Positions 39,800 to 49,095 of a stretch of DNA of 64,000 nucleotides are shown here, one piece after another; position 1 is the first letter of the stretch; each line of letters starts with the position of its first letter. The stretch comes from Bacteroidales bacterium UBA4179 (GTDB lineage: Bacteria > Bacteroidota > Bacteroidia > Bacteroidales > Dysgonomonadaceae): NCBI GenBank assembly GCA_002381125.1, contig DFUT01000009.1:25407-89406 (forward strand). Reading direction: 5' to 3'. Position numbers and translations under genes: made by a program. The notes beneath the pieces are model-generated. The model was not told where the DNA came from. It saw only the letters and a program-made list of their open reading frames with translations, and did no database searches.

Positions 39800-40849
39800 A
39801 TGAAAGTAACTGCAATTACAGAAATTATCTCGAAAGAACACGTCGAAAAAGTTCGTTCTTATATCGAAAAATACAATAAAATAGTCATAACCACACATCT
39901 TTCTCCCGACGGAGATGCCTTAGGTTCGTCTTTGGCTTTATATCACTATCTTTCTCGTAAAGGAAAAGATGTGAAACTCATTGTTCCTAATTCGTTTCCT
40001 TATTTCTTGAAGTGGATGAAGGGGGCAGAGAATGCCTTGATTTATGAGTATAATCCCGAGGCGGGTCGGCGCATCATCAAGCATGCAGAGTTGATTTTTT
40101 GTCTCGATTTCAATGTTCTTAAACGGGTTGGCGATATGGCTCCGTTTGTAAAGGATTCCGGTGCCAAGACAATTTTGATCGATCATCATCCTTATCCTGA
40201 TAATTCTTTCGATACCGTGATTTCTTATCCCGAGATGTCGTCCACCAGTGAGTTGATTTTTCGTTTGCTTTATCAATTGGGGGAATGCGAAAGTATCGAC
40301 AAAGATATCGCTGAATGTATTTATTGCGGTATGATGACCGATACGGGAGGGTTTACTTACAATTCCAACGATCCTGAAATATTCGAAATCATCAGCTTTT
40401 TGTTGAGAAAGAATATCGATAAAGACGCCATTTACTCAAATGTGTATCACAATTATACCGAACAACGTTTTCGGCTGTTGGGATTTACTTTGTTAAAACG
40501 GATGAAAGTCTATAATGATATGCATTCGGCCCTGATTTATCTTTCGAAAGAGGATTTGCAAAAATATAAATCGACAAAAGGCGACACCGAAGGTTTCGTG
40601 AATTATCCGCTGAGTATAAGAGGAGTCGTTTTTTCTACTTTTATTTACGAAGATAATAATCACGTTAAATTGTCTTTTCGTTCTCGTGGCGATTTTGCCT
40701 GTAATGAATTTGCTGCTGAATTTTTTCAAGGAGGCGGTCATTTGAATGCGGCAGGAGGTGAATTTTATGGAACCATAAAGGATGCGATTGCGTTATTTGA
40801 AGCGGCTCTAAAAAAACAGGAGTCGAAGTTGAAAAATGCGTCTTCTTGA
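39800..40849 (+). CDS. DHH/DHHA1 phosphoesterase (NrnA-like oligoribonuclease / pAp phosphatase)
   Basis: DHH motifs HLSPDGDALGS, DFN, IDHHPY. DHHA1 motif GGGHLNAAGG. Confidence 0.85.
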   Translation: MKVTAITEIISKEHVEKVRSYIEKYNKIVITTHLSPDGDALGSSLALYHYLSRKGKDVKLIVPNSFPYFLKWMKGAENALIYEYNPEAGRRIIKHAELIFCLDFNVLKRVGDMAPFVKDSGAKTILIDHHPYPDNSFDTVISYPEMSSTSELIFRLLYQLGECESIDKDIAECIYCGMMTDTGGFTYNSNDPEIFEIISFLLRKNIDKDAIYSNVYHNYTEQRFRLLGFTLLKRMKVYNDMHSALIYLSKEDLQKYKSTKGDTEGFVNYPLSIRGVVFSTFIYEDNNHVKLSFRSRGDFACNEFAAEFFQGGGHLNAAGGEFYGTIKDAIALFEAALKKQESKLKNASS

Positions 40850-40926
40850 ATACATAAAAAGGATGGTTTTAGATGAGAAGAATCGTTTAATTTTCATAAT
40901 TAGCTATTTTTTTGAGGCTGATTATT

Positions 40927-40934
40927 TATTTTTG
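40927..40934 (+). promoter_or_regulatory. -7 promoter box for the lipoprotein-glmM unit
   Basis: TATTTTTG, 34 nt upstream of ATG 40968. Confidence 0.45.
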
Positions 40935-40967
40935 TAGCGAATTCGAATTTTATTATTAAGAATAAGA

Positions 40968-41519
40968 ATGAAAAAAATAAATTTTATAGTAATCATAATT
41001 GCCACTTTCTTGTTTATAGGGAATTCCTGCGATAGTCAGAAAACCTATGCGGAATATTTAAAAGATGAATCCAAAGCCATTAAGCAATTCATTGCCGAAA
41101 ACGGAATCGTTGTTCTTGATGAATATCCTGCAGATCGTGTATTCGAGCCGAACGAATTTTACCGCGATCCGGCCACGGGAGTATATTATAATGTGATTGA
41201 TTCGGGAAGAGAGCCCAAAGCTGTTCCCGGTGCAGAAGTGTATATACGATTCAGCGGACTGACCTACTTTATAGATGGGGATACTACAAAATACACAAAT
41301 ATTTATAGTCCCGATCCCGAAACGTTGGTTTATGGCAACCCCACCACCTACCCCTGTTATGCTTGGATACTGCCGTTGGTTCATGTGGGGCATTTGGGCA
41401 GAGTAAAAATGATTGTTCCGTTTAATTACGGTTTAACTTATGATAAATCCAATTTTCGGACTGCTTTTTACGAGAATTTGCAGTATCGTATAGAAGATAT
41501 TGATTATCCTGTAAATTAA
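40968..41519 (+). CDS. Hypothetical lipoprotein (possibly DUF4827)
   Basis: Lipobox FIGNSC, 183 aa. Position directly upstream of glmM matches my recollection of DUF4827 genes in Bacteroidales; the family call is tentative. Confidence 0.6.
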   Translation: MKKINFIVIIIATFLFIGNSCDSQKTYAEYLKDESKAIKQFIAENGIVVLDEYPADRVFEPNEFYRDPATGVYYNVIDSGREPKAVPGAEVYIRFSGLTYFIDGDTTKYTNIYSPDPETLVYGNPTTYPCYAWILPLVHVGHLGRVKMIVPFNYGLTYDKSNFRTAFYENLQYRIEDIDYPVN

Positions 41520-41535
41520 AATCAATAAAATAGAC

Positions 41536-42918
41536 ATGACACTGATTAAATCCATTTCCGGAATTCGCGGAACGATTGGAGGAAAAGCCGGTGATAATCT
41601 GACACCGCTTGATGTTGTTAAATTCACGGCTGCATATGCCGCATTTATCGAAAAAAATCGGCAAGGAAAAGAGAGAAAAATTGTTGTTGGGCGAGATGCG
41701 CGTCTTTCCGGTGAGATGATTCACCGACTTGTTGTTGGGACACTTAATGGGATGGGGTTTGATGTAGTGGATATCGGTATGGCAACAACTCCGACCACGG
41801 AAATTGCCGTTGTGGAGGAAAATGCTGCCGGAGGAATTATTATTACTGCGAGTCACAATCCCAAGCATTGGAATGCGCTGAAATTATTGAATTCGGATGG
41901 CGAATTTCTAAATGCCGAGGAAGGACAGCAAATTTTGAATATTGCCGAAGCGTGCGATTTTAATTTTTCTCCCGTTGAAGAGTTGGGGAAAACGATAAGT
42001 AAATCTTATCTTCAAGCACACATTCAACATATATTGTCGCTTGATCTGGTGGATGCCGATGCAATCAAAAAGGCCAATTTTAAAGTGGCGGTTGATGCTG
42101 TGAATTCTGTTGGGGGAATAGCGGTACCGGAACTGCTGTATGCGTTGGGAATAAAAGAAGTATTCAAATTGCATTGTTCGCCTCATGGTAATTTTTCACA
42201 CAATCCCGAGCCGCTTCCGCAACATTTGACCGAACTGGCCGATCTGACGAAAAGTGCGCATGCCAATGTCGGTTTCGCTGTTGATCCGGACGTGGACAGG
42301 TTGGTTATTTATTGCGAAAACGGAGAACCGTTTGGCGAAGAATATACATTGGTTGCCGTTGCCGATTACGTATTGCAACATAAGCCGGGAAATACGGTAT
42401 CGAATTTGAGTTCTACTCGCGCTTTGCGCGATATTACCGAAGCACGTGGCGGGAAATATTATGCAGCAGCCGTAGGAGAAGTTAATGTCGTGGCTAAAAT
42501 GAAAGAAGTAAATGCGGTGATTGGTGGCGAAGGAAATGGTGGGGTTATTTATCCCGCTTCCCATTATGGGCGTGATGCATTGGTTGGTATTGCCTTGTTC
42601 CTTACTTACTTGGCAAAATCCGGTAAAAAAGTTTCGGAATTGCGCACTTCTTATCCTGCCTATTATATGGCAAAACAAAAAGTAGAATTGACACCCGATA
42701 TGGATGTAGATGCTATTTTGGAAGCTATCAAGGAGAAATTCAAAGACCAGGAGATTACAGCTATCGATGGTGTAAAAATTGATTTTCCCGATAAATGGGT
42801 ACATTTGAGAAAATCGAATACGGAACCTATTATTCGGGTTTATTCCGAAGCCCGATCGGTTGAAGAAGCCGAAAATATAGGAAAACAGATTATTGAAATG
42901 ATAAAAGGATTCAAATAA
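41536..42918 (+). CDS. glmM: Phosphoglucosamine mutase (alpha-D-phosphohexomutase family)
   Basis: MTLIKSISGIRGTIGG N-terminus, phosphoserine loop TASHNP, DPDVDR metal loop, GGEGNGG sugar loop; 460 aa. Confidence 0.88.
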   Translation: MTLIKSISGIRGTIGGKAGDNLTPLDVVKFTAAYAAFIEKNRQGKERKIVVGRDARLSGEMIHRLVVGTLNGMGFDVVDIGMATTPTTEIAVVEENAAGGIIITASHNPKHWNALKLLNSDGEFLNAEEGQQILNIAEACDFNFSPVEELGKTISKSYLQAHIQHILSLDLVDADAIKKANFKVAVDAVNSVGGIAVPELLYALGIKEVFKLHCSPHGNFSHNPEPLPQHLTELADLTKSAHANVGFAVDPDVDRLVIYCENGEPFGEEYTLVAVADYVLQHKPGNTVSNLSSTRALRDITEARGGKYYAAAVGEVNVVAKMKEVNAVIGGEGNGGVIYPASHYGRDALVGIALFLTYLAKSGKKVSELRTSYPAYYMAKQKVELTPDMDVDAILEAIKEKFKDQEITAIDGVKIDFPDKWVHLRKSNTEPIIRVYSEARSVEEAENIGKQIIEMIKGFK

Positions 42919-43008
42919 TTATCTTTGATTTTTTAGGGGTTTTGGTGTTGCTTTGTGGAATATGCAGGCAATGCGAAGATGAGAACGTGAGGTTAACAGT
43001 GTTGCGTA

Positions 43009-43839
43009 ATGAAAGACAAACTGATTAGTTATGATGAGATAAGAAAAATTCATCCGATTTTCAGAGGAAAACATGGGGATTATCTTTTCAAATTGATAAT
43101 GAAAATATCGGGATTGGATCATGTAAATGAAATCTACGATAAGTCAAAACACCTGACGGGCCCTGCTTTTTGCAAAGATGTATTGGATAAACTGGGAATA
43201 CAACGCATCTTACGAAATGTGGAAGTGTTGGATAAATATAATGACAAGCCATTTATTACCGTTTCCAACCACGCTTATGGGCACATCGACGGTATTGCAG
43301 CCATAGAAGTGGTAGGAAGCCGCGTGAAGGATTATAAAATGATGGTAAACTTTGTATTGGGGATGATCGATACCATGTCTGAAAATTTTATTGTAGTTAA
43401 TCCTTTTAATTCCGATAAAAAACGCGATGTCACGCTCAACGGTATAAAAGAATGCATCGATCATGTTCGTCAGGGACATCATTTGGGATTTTTCCCGGCC
43501 GGTGCCATCTCGGATTTTACGAGAAAAGGTTTCAAAATAACGATTGCCGATAGAAAATGGCAGCCTTCGGTGGTTAAGTTGATAAAAAAAGCTAAAGTTC
43601 CGGTGATTCCCATGCATTTTTCAGGGGGGAATTCGCCGCGTTTTTATGCTTTGCGTCTTTTGGGTTGGCAGGTACGTACGTTGGGTTTGTGTCATGAATT
43701 AAAAAATAAAAGGGGGAAAGAATTGGTTATTACTTTTGGTGAGCCCATCATGCCTGAAGAAATGGCAAAATATCGGGATATAGAAAAACTTGGAGAATTT
43801 TTGAAATCAAGGACGTATGCTTTGGGGAATGTCAAATAA
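43009..43839 (+). CDS. Lysophospholipid acyltransferase (PlsC-superfamily) protein, NHxxGxxDG variant
   Basis: Acyltransferase block I as SNHAYGHIDG and block III-like FPAGAIS; 276 aa, no TM evident. Confidence 0.7.
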   Translation: MKDKLISYDEIRKIHPIFRGKHGDYLFKLIMKISGLDHVNEIYDKSKHLTGPAFCKDVLDKLGIQRILRNVEVLDKYNDKPFITVSNHAYGHIDGIAAIEVVGSRVKDYKMMVNFVLGMIDTMSENFIVVNPFNSDKKRDVTLNGIKECIDHVRQGHHLGFFPAGAISDFTRKGFKITIADRKWQPSVVKLIKKAKVPVIPMHFSGGNSPRFYALRLLGWQVRTLGLCHELKNKRGKELVITFGEPIMPEEMAKYRDIEKLGEFLKSRTYALGNVK

Positions 43840-43876
43840 ATTTATTATTTTTGATATTCCATCCTGTTATTGATTT

Positions 43877-43884
43877 TATTTTTG
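43877..43884 (+). promoter_or_regulatory. -7 promoter box for the sigma-54 activator-lptE-secG unit
   Basis: TATTTTTG, 19 nt upstream of ATG 43903. Confidence 0.5.
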
Positions 43885-43902
43885 CAGTTTGGAGATTCAT
43901 AT

Positions 43903-45189
43903 ATGGAAAAACAAAATATTCAACAAGTAAAACAACGATTTGGCATTATAGGCACTTCACCCGAATTGGATCGTGCTATTGATGTGGCCTTACAGGTAGC
44001 CCCGACAGATTTATCTGTTCTTATTACAGGCGAAAGCGGGGTAGGTAAAGAAATTTTTCCTCAAATAATCCATCAATATAGTCGAAGAAAGCATGGTCCT
44101 TATTTTGCGGTAAACTGTGGCTCTATTCCCGAAGGAACTATTGATTCGGAACTTTTCGGTCATGAAAAAGGTTCTTTTACGGGCGCAATGGCAACCCGAA
44201 AAGGGTATTTTGAAGTGGCCGACAAGGGGACCCTTTTCCTTGACGAAGTGGCTGAATTGCCCCTTCCAACGCAAGCGAGATTGCTCAGGGTACTCGAAAC
44301 GGGAGAATTCATCAAAGTGGGTTCATCCAAAGTGGAGAAGAGCGACGTACGTGTGGTTGCTGCCACCAATATGAATATGGTTCAAGCCGTTGAAAGTGGA
44401 AGATTCAGGGAAGATCTCTATTATCGATTGAATTCGGTACCTATCCGCATACCCCCTCTTCGTCAGCGAAAAGAAGATATTCCTTTGCTATTTCATAAAT
44501 TTGCTACCGATTTTGCGGAAAAATACATGATACCTCCCATTAGTTTAACCGGTGCTGCAAAGGAAATGCTGAAAAATTATCGGTGGCCGGGCAATATACG
44601 TCAATTGAAAAATATTACGGAGCAAATTTCCATTATTGAACAAGAAAGAATAATTACGCCCGAAATTTTAAAACGATATTTACCCGACGAAGAAGTGGGG
44701 ATGGTACCTATCCATTTGTTCGATCCAAAAGGAAGCGGACAAAGAACATTTGCAAATGAACGTGAAATCCTGTATCAGGTTTTGTTCGACATGAAAAAGG
44801 ATATTATGGATTTGAAGCAAATTGTTGCCACTATTTTGTCTGCTTCGGGCGACAAGATAAAAACCGCTCTTGCTACAGAAAGACCGATGGGCAATCCTTC
44901 TTTGGTGCCTCACGACATAACTTCGTTGAATTTTCCCTTTAAATATGATGACGCAGTTCCGGATACTTCTTTTAAGGAAGATGAGTCGAAGGATGATGAT
45001 GAGGAGGAGATTCAAGAAGCTGCGGAATATGAAGAGCGAGCACTTTCATTGGAAGATGTGGAGAAAGAGATGATCGTGAAAGCATTGGAGCGTCATAATG
45101 GCAAGCGAAAACCTGCTGCCAATGATTTAAAAATATCCGAGAGAACATTATATAGGAAGATCAAAGAGTATAAGTTGGAAAATCTATGA
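43903..45189 (+). CDS. Sigma-54-dependent transcriptional activator (bEBP) without an N-terminal sensory/receiver domain
   Basis: The AAA+ sigma-54 interaction domain starts ~15 aa from the N-terminus (Walker A GESGVGKE, ELFGHEKGSFTGA = GAFTGA-type loop, Walker B LFLDEV). An acidic linker and a C-terminal Fis-type HTH (AANDLKISERTLYRKIK) follow. The track ORF begins at TTG 43870; ATG 43903 is chosen. Confidence 0.9.
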   Translation: MEKQNIQQVKQRFGIIGTSPELDRAIDVALQVAPTDLSVLITGESGVGKEIFPQIIHQYSRRKHGPYFAVNCGSIPEGTIDSELFGHEKGSFTGAMATRKGYFEVADKGTLFLDEVAELPLPTQARLLRVLETGEFIKVGSSKVEKSDVRVVAATNMNMVQAVESGRFREDLYYRLNSVPIRIPPLRQRKEDIPLLFHKFATDFAEKYMIPPISLTGAAKEMLKNYRWPGNIRQLKNITEQISIIEQERIITPEILKRYLPDEEVGMVPIHLFDPKGSGQRTFANEREILYQVLFDMKKDIMDLKQIVATILSASGDKIKTALATERPMGNPSLVPHDITSLNFPFKYDDAVPDTSFKEDESKDDDEEEIQEAAEYEERALSLEDVEKEMIVKALERHNGKRKPAANDLKISERTLYRKIKEYKLENL

Positions 45190-45695
45190 AACCCGTCCTA
45201 TTTTTTGCTTTTGCAGGGATTTGTATTTTGATGGAGTCATGTTCTATTTCTTATGGATTCGACGGGGCATCCATTGATTATAACACGACCAAAACGTTAT
45301 ATTTGGCCAACTTCCCGAATCAAGCGCAGTTGATATATCCTCCCCTTGAACAGCGTTTTAATGAGGATTTGAAAGATGTTTTCATTCGCAATACCCGACT
45401 TCAGCTCGTGAATCAAAACGCCGATCTGGAGATCGAGGGTGAGATCATCGGGTACGAACTCACCCCGATGGCTGTGCAAGAAGATGCATTTGCTTCGGAA
45501 ACCCGTTTGACAATGACAGTGAGAATGCGCTATCGTAACAATAAAGTGGAGGGCCAGGATAAGGAGGAAACTATATCGGCTTACAGAAACTTTCCCAGTG
45601 ATCGTTTGTTGACCGATGTGCAAGATCAATTGATTAAGGAGCTCTCCGGAGATATTATTGATCAGATATTCAATGCAACGATGTCGAATTGGTAA
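45186..45695 (+). CDS. lptE: LptE-like outer-membrane lipoprotein
   Basis: Lipobox (LMESC), 169 aa. Sequence and position (after the sigma-54 activator, before secG) match the Bacteroidetes 'LptE family protein' as I recall it. ATGA overlap with the upstream gene. Confidence 0.65.
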   Translation: MKPVLFFAFAGICILMESCSISYGFDGASIDYNTTKTLYLANFPNQAQLIYPPLEQRFNEDLKDVFIRNTRLQLVNQNADLEIEGEIIGYELTPMAVQEDAFASETRLTMTVRMRYRNNKVEGQDKEETISAYRNFPSDRLLTDVQDQLIKELSGDIIDQIFNATMSNW

Positions 45696-45709
45696 GTCGT
45701 ATTTTTCTG

Positions 45710-46486
45710 ATGGGCAATGGCGAATTATATAATTGGGTTGAAAGTCCTGAGGCGTTGGACAATGTCGCGTTTGTGAAATTGGAGGAGAATTTAAAAGAGT
45801 ACCCTTATTTTCAGACGCTGCGTTTGCTTTATCAAAAAAATCTGCAAATTTTACGACATCCACGTTTTTCGAGCGAATTGGCTAAAACCGCTTTCTTTTG
45901 TGCCGACAGAAAGAGATTGTTTTATTTGATAAATAAACGGGATTATGCCTTATTCTTGGTCGGAGATGAGCCCAAAAAACAAGTTCAAGAAGATCGTACT
46001 CAAACATTGATCGATTCTTTTTTCGATATCGTCGAAGAGGATGCAACATCCGATGAAGCGGTTTTCCCCGATTTAGGGATAGGAACGATTTCATACGATT
46101 ATTTATCGTATCTGGAATCGATTGACCAAGAAAATGCGAAAAGTGAAAACGAATCGGATAAAAGTTTGTTGAAGCATCACGATATTATTGATCGGTTTAT
46201 TGAAAAAGCAGATTCGAATGAAGCATTTTTAACAAGAAATGACAATGACGATGCGGCTATCGATAAAAATCAAATGGATGAAATTCCGGATAATGAAATC
46301 GATGAAGATAAATTTTTAACCGAAACACTAGCAAAAATTTATATTAAACAAAAAAAATACGAACAAGCGCTTACAATTATTAAGCGATTAAGTTTGAATT
46401 TTCCAAAAAAAAATGCTTACTTTGCCGACCAAATTCAATTTTTGGAGCATTTGATTATAAACGAAAAAAATAAAAAACAATCTTGA
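45710..46486 (+). CDS. Hypothetical protein (acidic central region, TPR-like C-terminus)
   Basis: Codon-plausible ORF filling the lptE-secG gap. The C-terminal LAKIYIKQKKYEQALTIIKRLSLNFPKKNAYFADQI resembles a single TPR. The track ORF starts at TTG 45689; first ATG at 45710. Confidence 0.55.
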   Translation: MGNGELYNWVESPEALDNVAFVKLEENLKEYPYFQTLRLLYQKNLQILRHPRFSSELAKTAFFCADRKRLFYLINKRDYALFLVGDEPKKQVQEDRTQTLIDSFFDIVEEDATSDEAVFPDLGIGTISYDYLSYLESIDQENAKSENESDKSLLKHHDIIDRFIEKADSNEAFLTRNDNDDAAIDKNQMDEIPDNEIDEDKFLTETLAKIYIKQKKYEQALTIIKRLSLNFPKKNAYFADQIQFLEHLIINEKNKKQS

Positions 46487-46487
46487 T

Positions 46488-46880
46488 ATGTATGTTTTCC
46501 TCACCATTCTTATTTTAATTGCAGCTATCTTAATGATTCTTATTGTGTTGGTTCAAAAATCCAAAGGGGGAGGATTAGCGGCCGGGTTCTCGTCATCCAA
46601 TCAAATTATGGGTGTACGTAAAACTACCGATTTTTTGGAAAAAACAACATGGATTCTTGCCGCGACGATCATTATTTTAAGCATTTTTACTGCAAAATAT
46701 ACGGCATCACATTCTCAGGGTCCTCAACCTCAGGTTGAGGTGCAACAACCTGCTCCCCTTAGTCCGGGCGTAGCTCCCGATGTGACACCTACCATGCCGA
46801 TGCCTTCGCCGACGTTGCCCAATCAGGAGGGTGCACAACAACAAGAGCAAAGCCAAACGAATTCGCAACCAGCCGAATGA
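46488..46880 (+). CDS. secG: Preprotein translocase subunit SecG with a P/Q-rich C-terminal tail
   Basis: TM1 plus the LVQKSKGGGLAAGF loop plus TM2 is typical SecG. An additional ~50-aa low-complexity tail follows. Confidence 0.85.
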   Translation: MYVFLTILILIAAILMILIVLVQKSKGGGLAAGFSSSNQIMGVRKTTDFLEKTTWILAATIIILSIFTAKYTASHSQGPQPQVEVQQPAPLSPGVAPDVTPTMPMPSPTLPNQEGAQQQEQSQTNSQPAE

Positions 46881-46893
46881 TATAAAAAGCGAT

Positions 46894-47187
46894 TTATCTT
46901 AGTACAATATCATATACAATAGGCATTCCCGCAGCCTCATTGAGTTTCTCGATGAGGCTGTCTTTATTCATTTGTAGTTCTGCTCGCAGAACCGATGACG
47001 TGAGTTGAACATAAAGTGTGTTTCGTTTTAGATAGACATTTTTTGTATAGCTGCTTACTCCTGAGCCAAGCAATTCGCTCCAGGCACGTACGGCACGTTG
47101 TTCGGCTATTTTGGTTTTTAGGAAGGGATTTTCTTCAAAATATTCCGACAAGATGTCGCCAATGGATTTCGATTCGCGTTTAAGCAT
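46894..47187 (-). CDS. DUF721 (DciA-like) protein
   Basis: 97 aa. IGDILSEYF..., AWSELLG, TLYVQLTSSVLRAELQ. Located immediately downstream of recF, the typical DUF721 context. Confidence 0.75.
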   Translation of the reverse strand: MLKRESKSIGDILSEYFEENPFLKTKIAEQRAVRAWSELLGSGVSSYTKNVYLKRNTLYVQLTSSVLRAELQMNKDSLIEKLNEAAGMPIVYDIVLR

Positions 47188-47198
47188 AAAAACTGAAT

Positions 47199-48308
47199 TT
47201 AATCGGTTAGTTGGTTAATGTAGCCATTTTTTACAGAATAAAGACGGTAATCGGCATGTGCTGTTTTTTCCAGCATTTTGTCTAGCGATTTTCGATTGGT
47301 ATCGGATATGAATATTTGCCCAAATTCGTTATTCAAAACAAGTTTTATTATTTCTTCTACCCGTGAACTATCCAGGCGGTCAAAAATATCGTCCAACAGC
47401 AAAAGAGGCTTGGTTTTTGTTGTTTCGAGCAGAAAATGGAATTGAGCCAATTTCATGGATACGAAAAAAGTTTTGTTTTGACCTTGAGAGCCTGTTTTTT
47501 TGATGGGAAAATTGTTCAACAGCATTTCCAAATCGTCTCTATGGATGCCTACAGTGGTATATCCTAGCACAATATCCTTCTTTCGGTTTGTTTTTAACAG
47601 GTGATAAAGGTCGTTATCTTGTAGTTGTGAGATATAGTTCAGAGAAACATTTTCATTTGATCGACTAATTAAATTATAAAAGCGATTGAAAATAGGAATA
47701 AATTGGTCGATAAAGGCTTTGCGTCTTTCGAAAATATACATTCCTTCATCCGTGATTTGTTCTTCCCATATTTCGAGTAAGTTGATGTCGATGTCTTCTT
47801 TTTCGTTTTTCAGTAAGACATTACGTTGTTGTAAGGCCCTGTTGTAGCGAATCAACGCATGCATGTAATTTTTGTCGAATTGGGAAATAACCATATCCAT
47901 GAATTTTCGTCGTTCATTGCTGCCTCCAATAATCAGTTGATCATCATCCGGTGAAATCATTACCAGAGGAATAAATCCAATATGATCCGACAATCGCTCA
48001 TACTCTTTTTTATTGCGTTTGAATTGCTTTTTTTGTCGTCTTCGTATGGCACAATAGATTTCTTCTATCGCGTGATCGGGGAATTCGTATTTTCCCTGAA
48101 GCATGCAGAAATCGGAATGATGGCGAATAATCTGAGAATCGATAGGATTTGTATGGCTTTTGCAAAAAGACAAATAGTAGATGGCATCCAATAGATTGGT
48201 CTTTCCCATACCGTTATTGCCAATGAAGCAGTTGAGTTTGGGAGATAGATCAAGTTCTACCTGTACCAGATTTTTGTAATTTATAATGGACAATTGTTGT
48301 AAAATCAT
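47199..48308 (-). CDS. recF: DNA replication and repair protein RecF
   Basis: Walker A GNNGMGKTN, SMC-like signature GSQGQNKT, Walker B LLLLDDIF. Confidence 0.93.
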   Translation of the reverse strand: MILQQLSIINYKNLVQVELDLSPKLNCFIGNNGMGKTNLLDAIYYLSFCKSHTNPIDSQIIRHHSDFCMLQGKYEFPDHAIEEIYCAIRRRQKKQFKRNKKEYERLSDHIGFIPLVMISPDDDQLIIGGSNERRKFMDMVISQFDKNYMHALIRYNRALQQRNVLLKNEKEDIDINLLEIWEEQITDEGMYIFERRKAFIDQFIPIFNRFYNLISRSNENVSLNYISQLQDNDLYHLLKTNRKKDIVLGYTTVGIHRDDLEMLLNNFPIKKTGSQGQNKTFFVSMKLAQFHFLLETTKTKPLLLLDDIFDRLDSSRVEEIIKLVLNNEFGQIFISDTNRKSLDKMLEKTAHADYRLYSVKNGYINQLTD

Positions 48309-48331
48309 CGAAAATTCCCTAATACCTTTTT

Positions 48332-49093
48332 TTATTCTTCAAGTAACAGTTGTTGTAATTCTTCAGGTGAAACGTTCATTTTAAGACGCCCTTTCCATGC
48401 ATACGAAATTTTTCCTCTTTCTTCCGAAACGATAATCGCTTTAGCATCGGTTTCTTGTGAAATTCCGAGTCCTGCCCGATGTCTCAACCCAAGATATTTG
48501 GGAATATTGGGGTTTTGCGACAGGGGTAAAATACAGCCGGCTGCCCTAATTTTTTTTCCTACGATAATCATGGCCCCATCGTGCAGGGGACTGTTTTTGA
48601 AAAAGATGCTCTCAATTAATCGTGAGGACACATCGGCATTGATAATTTCTCCTGTTTGTTCATATAGACCCAACTGAATATCACCCTGAATAACGATGAG
48701 TGCTCCCGTATAGGATTTGGCCATATTCATGCAAGCCAATACCACAGCCGTTAGGTGCGAATTGTCTTGCTTTTGTTTGTTATTCGGGAAGAAAAGCTTC
48801 GATATGAATTTCCATCCTTTTTTTGATCCCAGCGACATGAGAAACCGTCGAATTTCATCTTGAAAGAGAATGACCAGCAAAAAGAGCCCTACACTTACCA
48901 GTTGATCAAGGATAGTTCCCAGCAAAACCATATTAAATACTTGTGAGACAAGTACCCAGATGATGAGAAAAACCAATATTCCTATAAATAACGGACGTAT
49001 GCCGGATACCTTTACTATATTATACAAATAAAAAAGTAAAAGTGCCACAAGAAAAATATCGACAAAATCTTTTATCCCGAAATGTTCAAACAT
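48332..49093 (-). CDS. cdaA: Diadenylate cyclase CdaA
   Basis: Three N-terminal TMs plus a DisA_N domain (GALIVI, DGAMII, LGLRHRAGLGISQETDA). The track ORF extends to 49255 over folP; the homologous start ATG 49093 lies 2 nt after the folP stop. Confidence 0.9.
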   Translation of the reverse strand: MFEHFGIKDFVDIFLVALLLFYLYNIVKVSGIRPLFIGILVFLIIWVLVSQVFNMVLLGTILDQLVSVGLFLLVILFQDEIRRFLMSLGSKKGWKFISKLFFPNNKQKQDNSHLTAVVLACMNMAKSYTGALIVIQGDIQLGLYEQTGEIINADVSSRLIESIFFKNSPLHDGAMIIVGKKIRAAGCILPLSQNPNIPKYLGLRHRAGLGISQETDAKAIIVSEERGKISYAWKGRLKMNVSPEELQQLLLEE

Positions 49094-49095
49094 AA

